DNA of 44,461 bases from Gemmatimonadales bacterium (GTDB lineage: Bacteria > Gemmatimonadota > Gemmatimonadetes > Gemmatimonadales > GWC2-71-9). Every line of letters starts with the position of its first letter. Within the stretch, counting starts at the first letter, position 1. Below, piece after piece: positions 17,180-25,144 of the stretch. The stretch spans positions 1 to 44,461 of the forward strand of contig DASPFU010000035.1 of assembly GCA_035620935.1 (NCBI GenBank), read 5' to 3'. A model generated the notes under the pieces. The model had not been told where the DNA came from, ran no database searches, and saw nothing but the letters and a program-made list of their open reading frames with translations. Both the position numbers and the translations under genes were made by a program.

Positions 17180-19110
17180 CGTCATTGCCGCATAGCCATC
17201 TCGCGCGGCCGCCGCACAAGGAACCCCCGGCCCATGCGCCCAACGCGGCGCTGCTCATCGACTTCGACAACGTGACGATGGGCATCCGCTCGGACCTGCA
17301 GACGGAGCTGAAACGGCTCCTCCAGTCCGAGATCATCCGGGGGAAAGTGGCGGTCCAGCGCGCCTACGCCGACTGGCGGCGTTACCCGCAGTACATCGTT
17401 CCCCTGTCCGAGTCCTCGATCGACCTGATCTTCGCGCCGGCCTACGGCTCCAACAAGAAGAACGCGACCGACATCCGGCTCGCGATCGACGCGCTGGAGC
17501 TGGTGTTCACGCGGCCCGAGATCGGGACGTTCATCCTGCTCTCCGGCGACTCCGACTTCTCCTCGCTCGTGCTCAAGCTCAAGGAGTACGGCAAATACGT
17601 GATCGGGGTGGGGATCCGGGAGTCGTCGAGCGACCTGCTGATCCAGAACTGCGACGAGTACTACTCGTACAACGAGCTGGCGGGTCTCACCCGGACGACC
17701 GACCTGCAGTACGAGCGCCGCGATCCGTGGCAGCTCGTGATCGAAGCGGTGAAGCAGATGACCGCCCACAACGACGTGATGCGGTCCGACCGCCTGAAAC
17801 AGGTAATGCAGGAGCTGGATCCGAACTTCGACGAGAAGGACGTCGGGTTCTCGCGCTTCAGCAAGTTCGTGCTCGAGGCGCAGAAGCGCGGGCTGATCAC
17901 GCTCAGCCGCCTCGACAACGGCCAGTACGAGATCGCGCTCGGCCCCGAGAGCGGTGGCGCGCCCGCCGCCGCCCCGGCGGCCGGTGCGCCCGAACGCGCC
18001 CCGCGAGCGCGGCCCGCACGCGGTGAGCGGTCGGAGAAGGCCGCCACGGGCGGCCGCCGCGGCGGGTTCTCGCTCGGCGAGGCGTTCGGACTGCTGAAGC
18101 AGGCGCTCGGGCGCGTCGGCGGCGGCGAGCCCGTCGCCGCAGAGGACCTGCGTGAGGCGATGGTCGAGTTGAAGGGCGAGGATGGTGAGTCCCTCACGCC
18201 CGCCAAGTTCCCGCGGCTGCTGCGCCAGGCGCACGATGCCGAGATCATCGACCTCTCGAAGGAAGAGGACGGTGGCTACCAGGTCCGGCTCCGCGCCGAA
18301 GGGGCGGAGGCCCCCGCCGGGGAGGCGAGGGAGCCCGAGCAGGCTGCGGGCGGACCGGCAGCCACCGAGGCCGCCGGTCCCGTGCGGAGCCCCCGGTTCC
18401 GGCGTGGGTCGCGCGGGCCGCGCCAGGCGCCGCCGCCCGAGGTGAAGAGCCTTGGCGTGGTCGAGGTCGAGCCGGGGTACCGGCCGCCGGCGGAGACGCC
18501 GGCTCCGTTTCTGCCCGCCCCGACGCCCGAGGAGGAGGCACCCGCCGCGGACGAGGTGATGCCGCGCACCGAAGCTGGCGAGATGCCTCACGCCCGCGAC
18601 GGCCGGAGCGTCCGCGGCCGCCGTGGCAGCCGTGGGCGGGGGCCGGCGCGGCCCGCGGGGGCCGAGGTGATCCCGGGTGAGCTGCGCACGCCCGAGCCCG
18701 GGCCGCGCGGTGACCGGCAGCCGCGACCGGATCGGCCGCCGCGCGAGGATCGGCCGCCGCGTGAGGATCGGCCACCCCGCGGTGAAGGTCGGGGGCGCGG
18801 GGGTGAGCGCGAGCGGGGCGGGGAGCGCGACCGCGGCGGAGAGGGGGACGGACCCCGCCGCCGGCGCCGCGGGGGTCGCGGCCGAGGTGGTCGCGAGGGG
18901 CGCGACACGTTCGAGGGCCGGAACAGTCGCGCCCGGGAGGGCCGGGACGGCCGCGGGCCACACGACCGCGGTCCGATCGAGCGCGCCGAGCCGCTGTCGT
19001 CGCCCGAGGCGGTGAGTCCGCCGCCGCCCCCGCGGCCGCGCGAACCCGCCCCGGAAGTCGACGGCGAGTCCTTCTGGACGCGCGTCAAGCGGGGCCTCAT
19101 CGGCGAGTAG
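17176..19110 (+). CDS. NYN (LabA-like, PIN-fold) nuclease domain, OST-HTH/LOTUS domains, and a long Arg/Gly/Pro/Glu-rich low-complexity tail
   Basis: 'LLIDFDNV...[14 protein letters not shown]...[27 protein letters not shown]' is an NYN core. '[42 protein letters not shown]' is OST-HTH-like. The ATG overlaps the ligase stop (ATGA). Confidence 0.8.
   Translation: MTSLPHSHLARPPHKEPPAHAPNAALLIDFDNVTMGIRSDLQTELKRLLQSEIIRGKVAVQRAYADWRRYPQYIVPLSESSIDLIFAPAYGSNKKNATDIRLAIDALELVFTRPEIGTFILLSGDSDFSSLVLKLKEYGKYVIGVGIRESSSDLLIQNCDEYYSYNELAGLTRTTDLQYERRDPWQLVIEAVKQMTAHNDVMRSDRLKQVMQELDPNFDEKDVGFSRFSKFVLEAQKRGLITLSRLDNGQYEIALGPESGGAPAAAPAAGAPERAPRARPARGERSEKAATGGRRGGFSLGEAFGLLKQALGRVGGGEPVAAEDLREAMVELKGEDGESLTPAKFPRLLRQAHDAEIIDLSKEEDGGYQVRLRAEGAEAPAGEAREPEQAAGGPAATEAAGPVRSPRFRRGSRGPRQAPPPEVKSLGVVEVEPGYRPPAETPAPFLPAPTPEEEAPAADEVMPRTEAGEMPHARDGRSVRGRRGSRGRGPARPAGAEVIPGELRTPEPGPRGDRQPRPDRPPREDRPPREDRPPRGEGRGRGGERERGGERDRGGEGDGPRRRRRGGRGRGGREGRDTFEGRNSRAREGRDGRGPHDRGPIERAEPLSSPEAVSPPPPPRPREPAPEVDGESFWTRVKRGLIGE
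18730..18783 (+). repeat. Three tandem 18-nt coding repeats (GATCGGCCGCCGCGYGAG) encoding DRPPRE
   Basis: Read directly: gat cgg ccg ccg cgc gag / gat cgg ccg ccg cgt gag / gat cgg cca ccc cgc ggt. GGER(E/D)R repeats follow. Confidence 0.9.
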
Positions 19111-19688
19111 TGCCCGCGCTGTCGGCGCGCTTCTACGCGCGCCCCACCGCCGAGGTGGCCCGGCGCCTGCTGGGCCACCTGCTCGTCTCGGACGTCGGCG
19201 GGCGTCGCGTGGTCGGCCGGATCGTGGAGACCGAGGCCTATGTCGGTCCCCACGATCCGGCGTGCCACGCCTGGCAGGGGCACCGCTCCCCGCGGTGCGA
19301 ATCCCTGTACGGCCCGCCCGGCACGAGCTACGTGTACTTCACCTACGGCATGCACTGGTGCCTCAACGCCGTCACCGAGCGCGCCGGGTACCCCGCCGCG
19401 GTGCTGATCCGCGCGCTCGAGCCGGTGGCGGGGCTGGACGTGATGCGCCGGCGCCGGGGGCGGGTCCCCGACCGGGTGCTGTGCGCCGGCCCGGCCCGGC
19501 TCTGCGATGCGCTGGGCGTCACCGGCGATCTCGACGGCAGCTCGCTCGCGCGCGGCACGCTGCGCATCGTGCGCGATCCCGCGGCGCGCCGCATCCCGTG
19601 GGCAGCCTCGCCCCGCATCGGCATCCGTCGGGCCACCGACTGGCCGCTGCGGTTCGTGGCGCGCGGGAGCCCGTGGCTGTCCCGTTGA
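19110..19688 (+). CDS. mpg: DNA-3-methyladenine glycosylase (Mpg/AAG family)
   Basis: 'FYARPTAEVARRLLGHLLV...GRIVETEAYVGPHDPACHA...PGTSYVYFTYGMHWCLN' is typical of the AAG family. GTG overlaps the upstream TAG (TAGTG). Confidence 0.88.
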   Translation: MPALSARFYARPTAEVARRLLGHLLVSDVGGRRVVGRIVETEAYVGPHDPACHAWQGHRSPRCESLYGPPGTSYVYFTYGMHWCLNAVTERAGYPAAVLIRALEPVAGLDVMRRRRGRVPDRVLCAGPARLCDALGVTGDLDGSSLARGTLRIVRDPAARRIPWAASPRIGIRRATDWPLRFVARGSPWLSR

Positions 19689-19702
19689 CCCCGGAAACAC
19701 GA

Positions 19703-19738
19703 AGCGCCCACCCGGCCCCGGTGGGCCAGGTGGGCGCT
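19703..19738. terminator. GC-rich hairpin between convergent genes (possible bidirectional terminator, no T-tract)
   Basis: AGCGCCCACC (19703-19712) pairs with GGTGGGCGCT (19729-19738). An alternative inner pairing is CCCACC/GGTGGG. Confidence 0.4.
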
Positions 19739-19753
19739 CGGGTCTCGTGCTGG

Positions 19754-20383
19754 TCAGCGCCTGACGATGCCCTCAGTGGCTGAGCCGAACGAGTAGCGGA
19801 CGCCTGCCTGGAGCGAGTGCATCGCCCCCTGGATCAGGAAGCCGGCCGCGTCCGTCACCATGTAGTGGCCGAACACCGACAGCTGCCCGATGTTGATCTG
19901 CCCGCCCCCCATGCCCCAGGCGAACGCCGCGGTGGACTGATCGGCCAGCGCCTCGTTGGCGCCGGCCGGGCACGCGGCGCCGCAGGCCAGCGTCGGGTTC
20001 ACGACGTAGGCCACCATGAACCCGCCCCCGAAGTACGGCTCGATGTGTCCGCGCAGGGGCAGTGCGACGAGGCCCGCCATGAAGCGCCGCACTTCGCTGA
20101 ACGAGACCACCTGTCCGGCGACCACGGTCTGGGCGTCGGTCGTGAAGAACGCCTGCTCGATGCCGGCGTAGAGGCCGAACCGCCGGCGTGTGATGAACCA
20201 GTGCGCGCCGATCAGCGGGTCCCAGTACGTCTGCTGGGTGGCCGTCGCGTAGCCCAGGCCGCCGACGTGCGCCCCCCAGTACCACTGGTTGGACCCGTCC
20301 TTCACCTCCTGCGCCGCAGCCGGAGCCGCCGCCAGGGCCACCAACCCGAGACAACATACGACGACGCGAGCCAGGTGCTTCAT
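19754..20383 (-). CDS. Small outer-membrane beta-barrel protein
   Basis: ATG 20383 is preceded by GGAGGAAG. The signal peptide is 'MKHLARVVVCCLGLVALAAAPAAAQ'. The sequence is Gly/aromatic-rich with alternating strands and ends '...LQAGVRYSF'. The track's upstream 72 codons are Arg/Gly-rich and were rejected. Confidence 0.6.
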   Translation of the reverse strand: MKHLARVVVCCLGLVALAAAPAAAQEVKDGSNQWYWGAHVGGLGYATATQQTYWDPLIGAHWFITRRRFGLYAGIEQAFFTTDAQTVVAGQVVSFSEVRRFMAGLVALPLRGHIEPYFGGGFMVAYVVNPTLACGAACPAGANEALADQSTAAFAWGMGGGQINIGQLSVFGHYMVTDAAGFLIQGAMHSLQAGVRYSFGSATEGIVRR

Positions 20384-20406
20384 CGGACTTCCTCCCACGG
20401 CGCCCG

Positions 20407-22899
20407 TCAGGGGGCCGCCAACAGGACCGCGTTGAACAGCAGCCGGAATGCCCCGTGCGTCTGACCGCGAAACTGCGGCCGGAACCCGAACAGAATCGCC
20501 CTGCCGCGACCTACCGGCACCTCCACCGCCGCGGCCTTTCCGCTGATCCGCTCGGCATTGCGGGCGAATCCGGAGCGCAACGGTTCGGGCGAGTACCACC
20601 CCAAGGCCCGCGCCGGGGCGTCCAGCTCGAACGCCCCACCGCCCTCGAAGAACACCCCCAGGGAGTCCGGCACCCCGACCAGCACCGGGGTCGAAACCCT
20701 GGCCACCCCGTCCCGTGGCCCAAAGGCGACCCCCAAAATAGAACCCGACGACAAAAAACGCGAGCCCTGTTGCGTCTGTGCATCAGTAGCTAGGACATTG
20801 CGCACAGGGATGTTAAGCCTCGAAATCGCGAAATCACTTGAAGCGTTCAGGCAGACCAGGGTCCCCCCGTCCCGAACAAATGCCGAAAGTGCGGCGACGC
20901 CACCCGGCGCCAGGCCCCCGGAAAAGGCTGCCGGCACCGTCAGCGAATCGTGTCCCTCGGCGAGCCGCGCGGTGGATTCGCTCGGCAGGATGACCACGTC
21001 GAAGCGATCCCGCAGGCGACCTCCCCGGATGTCGCTGTCGTGAACTGTCGTGAAACTGATTCCATACTGCTCGAGTGTCCATCGGGTCCAACCTTCGTCC
21101 ATGCTCGCGGTGTGCGGCTGGTACAGGGCGATCCGGGGCAGGCGCCGCCGCACGTCGCGGGTGGCGGGTGGCGCGGCCCGCACCGCGCGGACGGGGAACC
21201 CGGCTCGCGCCGCGTGCTCGGTGAGAATGGCGCGGGCGCGCGGACCCCAGGCGACCACCGCGCTGTCGGTCCACCCGACGGACTGACCGGCGGCGAGCAG
21301 CGCCGCCACCGCTCGCGATTCGGCGTTCGACCGGTTGGCCAGCAGGAATACGTCGCCGGCTCCGGTGATCGAGCCGGGTGCGACCTCCGCCGTGTCGATG
21401 CGCACCAGGTCGGCCGAGAAGGGCGCCCGCACGGCGATCGCGGGGACGTCCATCGTGAGCGGCAGGGTCCAGCCGGCGATGTCGTATGGCGCGCGGTCCC
21501 CCAGGTCCGGGTAGTGCTGGACCTCGAACAGGTCCTGCACGTGCGCACGGAACGGCTGCGCCAGCGGGACGACGAGCGAGCCGGCGGGCCAGGTCCGCCC
21601 GTCGGCCGTGAACGCGCGCGCGGCACGGGAGACCTCGACTCCCGCCAGCAGCAGCGCGTTGGCGAGCGTCGCCTGCGCGCCGGGGTCGGGGGCGGGGGGC
21701 AGGATCCATGCGAAGGGGTCGCCGCCGCGGCCTCGCTCCACCGCCCGCCGACCCGCCGCGACGAACCGGTCGATCAGCTGCTCGCGGGTCGCCGCGGCGT
21801 GTCGCACCAGCGCCTCCGCCGCGACCAGCTCGTAGCGCACGATGTCGCCGATGGTCCAGGTCCCGCCGGGCCAGGGTGCGGGCGCGTTCACCCCGGCGGC
21901 GGGCTGGCGCAGGGAGTCGGCGGGCCAGGTGACGGGAGACGCCAGGCGCGCGCTCGCCGCCTCGGAGAGGATGCCGATCATGTTGTGTCGCGCGGGGACG
22001 GTGCGGAACCCGCCATGCCACCACAGGTCGAAGCGCCGCTGGTGGGCCACCCCGGTGAGCCCGGCGTCGTACAGCGCGCTCGCCATCGCGGCGCCGGCGG
22101 CGTTGGTCGCGGCGACCAGCGCCGGATCGAGGTTCGGGTTGACGGGATCCGAGAACGGCGGGAGCACCAGCCGTTCTCCGCGGCCGCCCATCTGGTGCAC
22201 GTCGTACACGATCCCGGGGAACCAGTCGTGGTACAGGACGCGGCTGACGAGCCGAGTCTCGACCTGCGTCATCATGTACCAGTCGCGGTTGTTGTCGTGC
22301 CCGACGTAACGGTGATAGAGCCATGGCATCGGGCCCCCCTCATAGGGGGTCCCCCGATAGCGGCGATACCAGGCGACGGTCGTGTCGAGCCCGTCCGGAT
22401 TGAGGGAGGGCACGAGCAGCACCACCACCGAGTCGAGCAGGCGCGAGAGCCGCGGATCGGTGGCCAGGCGGTGGGCCAGCACCATCCCCATGAGGCTCGA
22501 GGCGATCTCGGTGGAGTGGATGTTGTTCCCGATCAGCACCACGGCCGGCTGGGCCGCGCGCAACGAATCGGCTTCGCCGGGGCGCAGGGTGCGGGGGTCG
22601 GCGAGCCGGCGCTGCCCGCGGCGCACCTGCTCCAGGCGGGTCTGGAGCCCGGGCGACGCGAGCGTCACGAGGATGAACGGCCGGCCCTCGGTGGTGGGTC
22701 CGAGCGTGTCCACGCGGACGTGGGGACTGGCCCCTGCCAACGCGCCGAAGTAGCGCGTGATCTGCCCCCAGTCGGCGAGCAGGGAGTCGGCCCCCGGCTC
22801 GAACCCGAGCACGGTGGCCGGGGACGGGACCTGGGCGTCGAGGGGGAGCACGAGAACGGCGGCCAGGAGGGCCGCCGCCGGGGGAACACGTCGCATCAC
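20407..22899 (-). CDS. Secreted M14-family zinc carboxypeptidase-like protein with a large C-terminal extension
   Basis: It has a signal peptide. 'VVLIGNNIHSTEIAS' carries the HxxE zinc motif, with 'LLVPSLNPDGLD' downstream. The start is GTG 22899 or ATG 22896, both after GGAG. Confidence 0.78.
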   Translation of the reverse strand: MMRRVPPAAALLAAVLVLPLDAQVPSPATVLGFEPGADSLLADWGQITRYFGALAGASPHVRVDTLGPTTEGRPFILVTLASPGLQTRLEQVRRGQRRLADPRTLRPGEADSLRAAQPAVVLIGNNIHSTEIASSLMGMVLAHRLATDPRLSRLLDSVVVLLVPSLNPDGLDTTVAWYRRYRGTPYEGGPMPWLYHRYVGHDNNRDWYMMTQVETRLVSRVLYHDWFPGIVYDVHQMGGRGERLVLPPFSDPVNPNLDPALVAATNAAGAAMASALYDAGLTGVAHQRRFDLWWHGGFRTVPARHNMIGILSEAASARLASPVTWPADSLRQPAAGVNAPAPWPGGTWTIGDIVRYELVAAEALVRHAAATREQLIDRFVAAGRRAVERGRGGDPFAWILPPAPDPGAQATLANALLLAGVEVSRAARAFTADGRTWPAGSLVVPLAQPFRAHVQDLFEVQHYPDLGDRAPYDIAGWTLPLTMDVPAIAVRAPFSADLVRIDTAEVAPGSITGAGDVFLLANRSNAESRAVAALLAAGQSVGWTDSAVVAWGPRARAILTEHAARAGFPVRAVRAAPPATRDVRRRLPRIALYQPHTASMDEGWTRWTLEQYGISFTTVHDSDIRGGRLRDRFDVVILPSESTARLAEGHDSLTVPAAFSGGLAPGGVAALSAFVRDGGTLVCLNASSDFAISRLNIPVRNVLATDAQTQQGSRFLSSGSILGVAFGPRDGVARVSTPVLVGVPDSLGVFFEGGGAFELDAPARALGWYSPEPLRSGFARNAERISGKAAAVEVPVGRGRAILFGFRPQFRGQTHGAFRLLFNAVLLAAP

Positions 22900-22909
22900 G
22901 CCGCTCCGA

Positions 22910-24103
22910 TCAGATGAGCCCCAGGCGGGCGCCGGCCGTGCGGAACGCCGCCAGGGCGAAGTCGAGGTCCGCGCGCGTGTGGGCGGCCGAGATCTGGCAG
23001 CGCACGCGGGCGTGCCCCTGTGGGACGACCGGATACCCGAAGCCGGTCACGAACACGCCCTCGGCGAGCAGCAGCTCGCTCATGCGGATCGCCTCGGCGG
23101 TCTCCCCAAGGATGACGGGGATGATGGGCGTATCGCCGGGGAGGGGCGCGAAGCCCGCGGCGCGGAGCTGGTCGCGGAAGTAGCGTGCGTTGTCGTGGAG
23201 CCTGGTGACGAGCTCGGGATGCCGCTCCACGTAGCGGACGGCCGCGAGCGCGGATCCCGCTACCGTCGGCGGGAGCGCGTTGCTGAAGAGCTGGGGTCGC
23301 GAGCGCTGCGTGAGATAGTCGGCGAGGGGCGCGGGTCCGGCGGTGAACCCGCCGGCGGCGCCGCCGAGCGCCTTGCCGAGCGTGGAGGTGATGATGTCCA
23401 CGTCGCCCAGCATGTCGTAGTGCTCGGCGGTGCCGCGGCCGGTGCGGCCCAGCACCCCGGTGGCGTGCGAGTCGTCCACGGCGACCACGGCATCGTACTT
23501 CCGGGCGAGGGCCACGATGTCGGGGAGCCGCGCGATGTCCCCTTCCATCGAGAACACGCCGTCGGTGAACACGAGCCGGATGCGGCGGTCGCGGGCCGCC
23601 TTGAGCTTCGCCTCGAGGTCGGCCATGTCGGAGTGCTCGTACACGGCGGTCTCGCACTTCGTGATGACCTTGGCGAGGCGGATCGCGTCGATGATCGAGG
23701 CGTGGTTCAGGCGGTCGGAGATGACGATGTCCTGCTCGCCGAGGATGGTCGGGCAGAGGCCCTCGTTGGCGTTCCAGCAGCTGACGTAGGTGAGGGACGA
23801 CTCGCAGCCCACGAAACGGGCCAGGGCCGCCTCGAGCTCGCGGTGGATCGTGAACGTGCCGCAGATGAACCGGACGGAACCGGTCCCGGCGCCGAAGCGA
23901 TCGAGGGCGTCCTTGCCGGCCTGCACGATCTCGGGGACGTCGCACAGGCCGAGGTAGTTGTTGGAGGAGAGGATGACCACCTCCCCGCGGCCCTCCATCA
24001 CGGCGCGGGGGCCCTGGGGCGAGTCGAGGTAGTTGAGGCGCTTGTAGACCCCTTCCTCCTTGAACCGGTCCAGCTCGCCCTGCAGCCGCGCGGCGAAGCT
24101 CAT
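22910..24103 (-). CDS. kbl: Glycine C-acetyltransferase (2-amino-3-ketobutyrate CoA ligase)
   Basis: 'SSNNYLGL', 'DDSHATGVLG' and 'TLGKALGG' (PLP lysine) are present, and the length (397 aa) is that of Kbl. The ATG overlaps the tdh stop (ATGA). Confidence 0.93.
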   Translation of the reverse strand: MSFAARLQGELDRFKEEGVYKRLNYLDSPQGPRAVMEGRGEVVILSSNNYLGLCDVPEIVQAGKDALDRFGAGTGSVRFICGTFTIHRELEAALARFVGCESSLTYVSCWNANEGLCPTILGEQDIVISDRLNHASIIDAIRLAKVITKCETAVYEHSDMADLEAKLKAARDRRIRLVFTDGVFSMEGDIARLPDIVALARKYDAVVAVDDSHATGVLGRTGRGTAEHYDMLGDVDIITSTLGKALGGAAGGFTAGPAPLADYLTQRSRPQLFSNALPPTVAGSALAAVRYVERHPELVTRLHDNARYFRDQLRAAGFAPLPGDTPIIPVILGETAEAIRMSELLLAEGVFVTGFGYPVVPQGHARVRCQISAAHTRADLDFALAAFRTAGARLGLI

Positions 24104-25128
24104 GCGATCTCCAGGATGACCTTGCCCGCGTCGCCCGAGCGGATGGCGCCGAGCGCGTCGTCGATGCGGGCGAGCGGGAACTGGTGGGTGATCACGGGAC
24201 GCGGGTCGAGCATCCCGCTCGTGAGGAAGCGCCGCATCTCGTGCCACGTCTCGTACATCTTGCGGCCGATGACGCCATAGATCGTGATGCCCTTGAAGAT
24301 GATCTCGGTGGCGAAATCCACCGGCACCGCGCCCCGTGGGATGCCGAGCAGCTGGACCCGGCCGCCCATCCGCACGGTGGCGAACGCCTGGTGGAGCGCC
24401 GACGGGACGCCCGACATCTCGCACACCACGTCCACCCCCTCGCCCCCCGTGGCGTCGAGCACGGTGCGGGTCACGTCCTCGGTGGCGGCGTTGACGGTGA
24501 GATGCGCGCCCATTCGCTCGGCGAGGGCGAGGCGCTTGGGATTCACGTCCGACGCGATCACCTTCGCCGCGCCCGCGGCGCGCGCGATCCCGACGGCGAA
24601 GCAGCCGATCGGCCCGCACCCGACGATGAAGACGGTGCTGCCCGGGATGTCCGCGGTCAGCACCGTGTGAAAGGCGTTGCCCATCGGGTCCATGATCGCG
24701 CCGACCTCGGTCGGGATGCCGTCGAGCGACAGGACGTTGGTCTCGGGCATCACGATGTACTCGGCGAAGGCGCCATCGCGGTCCACGCCGATGATGCGCG
24801 TGTTGCGGCAGATGTGCCCGTTGCCGGTGCGGCACTGCAGGCAGTGCCCGCAGATGATGTGGCCCTCGGCGGTGACGAGCTGGCCGGCCTTGAGCTCGGT
24901 GACGCCGTCGCCCAGCTGCACGATCTCGCCGGCGAACTCGTGGCCCACCACGATCGGCGGCCGGACGCGGCCCTGCGCCCACGCGTCCCATTCGGCGATG
25001 TGGAGGTCGGTGCCGCACACCCCGGCGTGCCGCACGGCGATCAGCACCTCGCCCGGACCGGGCGCGGGCTTGGGGACGGTCGTGACGGTCAGCCCGGGGG
25101 CCGGGCGCTGTTTGACGATGGCGTGCAT
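24100..25128 (-). CDS. tdh: L-threonine 3-dehydrogenase
   Basis: The zinc-ADH motifs 'GVCGTDLHI' and 'GHEFAGEIV' and the Rossmann motif 'VGCGPIG' are present. 342 aa, adjacent to kbl. Confidence 0.93.
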   Translation of the reverse strand: MHAIVKQRPAPGLTVTTVPKPAPGPGEVLIAVRHAGVCGTDLHIAEWDAWAQGRVRPPIVVGHEFAGEIVQLGDGVTELKAGQLVTAEGHIICGHCLQCRTGNGHICRNTRIIGVDRDGAFAEYIVMPETNVLSLDGIPTEVGAIMDPMGNAFHTVLTADIPGSTVFIVGCGPIGCFAVGIARAAGAAKVIASDVNPKRLALAERMGAHLTVNAATEDVTRTVLDATGGEGVDVVCEMSGVPSALHQAFATVRMGGRVQLLGIPRGAVPVDFATEIIFKGITIYGVIGRKMYETWHEMRRFLTSGMLDPRPVITHQFPLARIDDALGAIRSGDAGKVILEIA

Positions 25129-25144
25129 GGGCGTGTCGGCCGGG

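Noticed and set aside
17182-18963. 593-aa minus-strand ORF (and 18588..19700 on the minus strand)
   Set aside because: It is antisense to the NYN-LOTUS gene. The long open frame comes from GC-rich repetitive coding sequence with few stop-complement codons.
20384-20599. Upstream 72-codon extension of the small OMP gene
   Set aside because: The extension is Arg/Gly-rich, overlaps the 3' end of the M14 gene, and precedes a clear GGAGGAAG SD and ATG followed by a signal peptide at 20383.
20740-20860. Lower-GC patch inside the M14 peptidase gene as a possible insertion or foreign fragment
   Set aside because: The reading frame continues uninterrupted through the patch with sensible protein sequence ('...LNASSDFAISRLNIPVRNVLATDAQTQQGSRFL...'), and no flanking repeats are visible.
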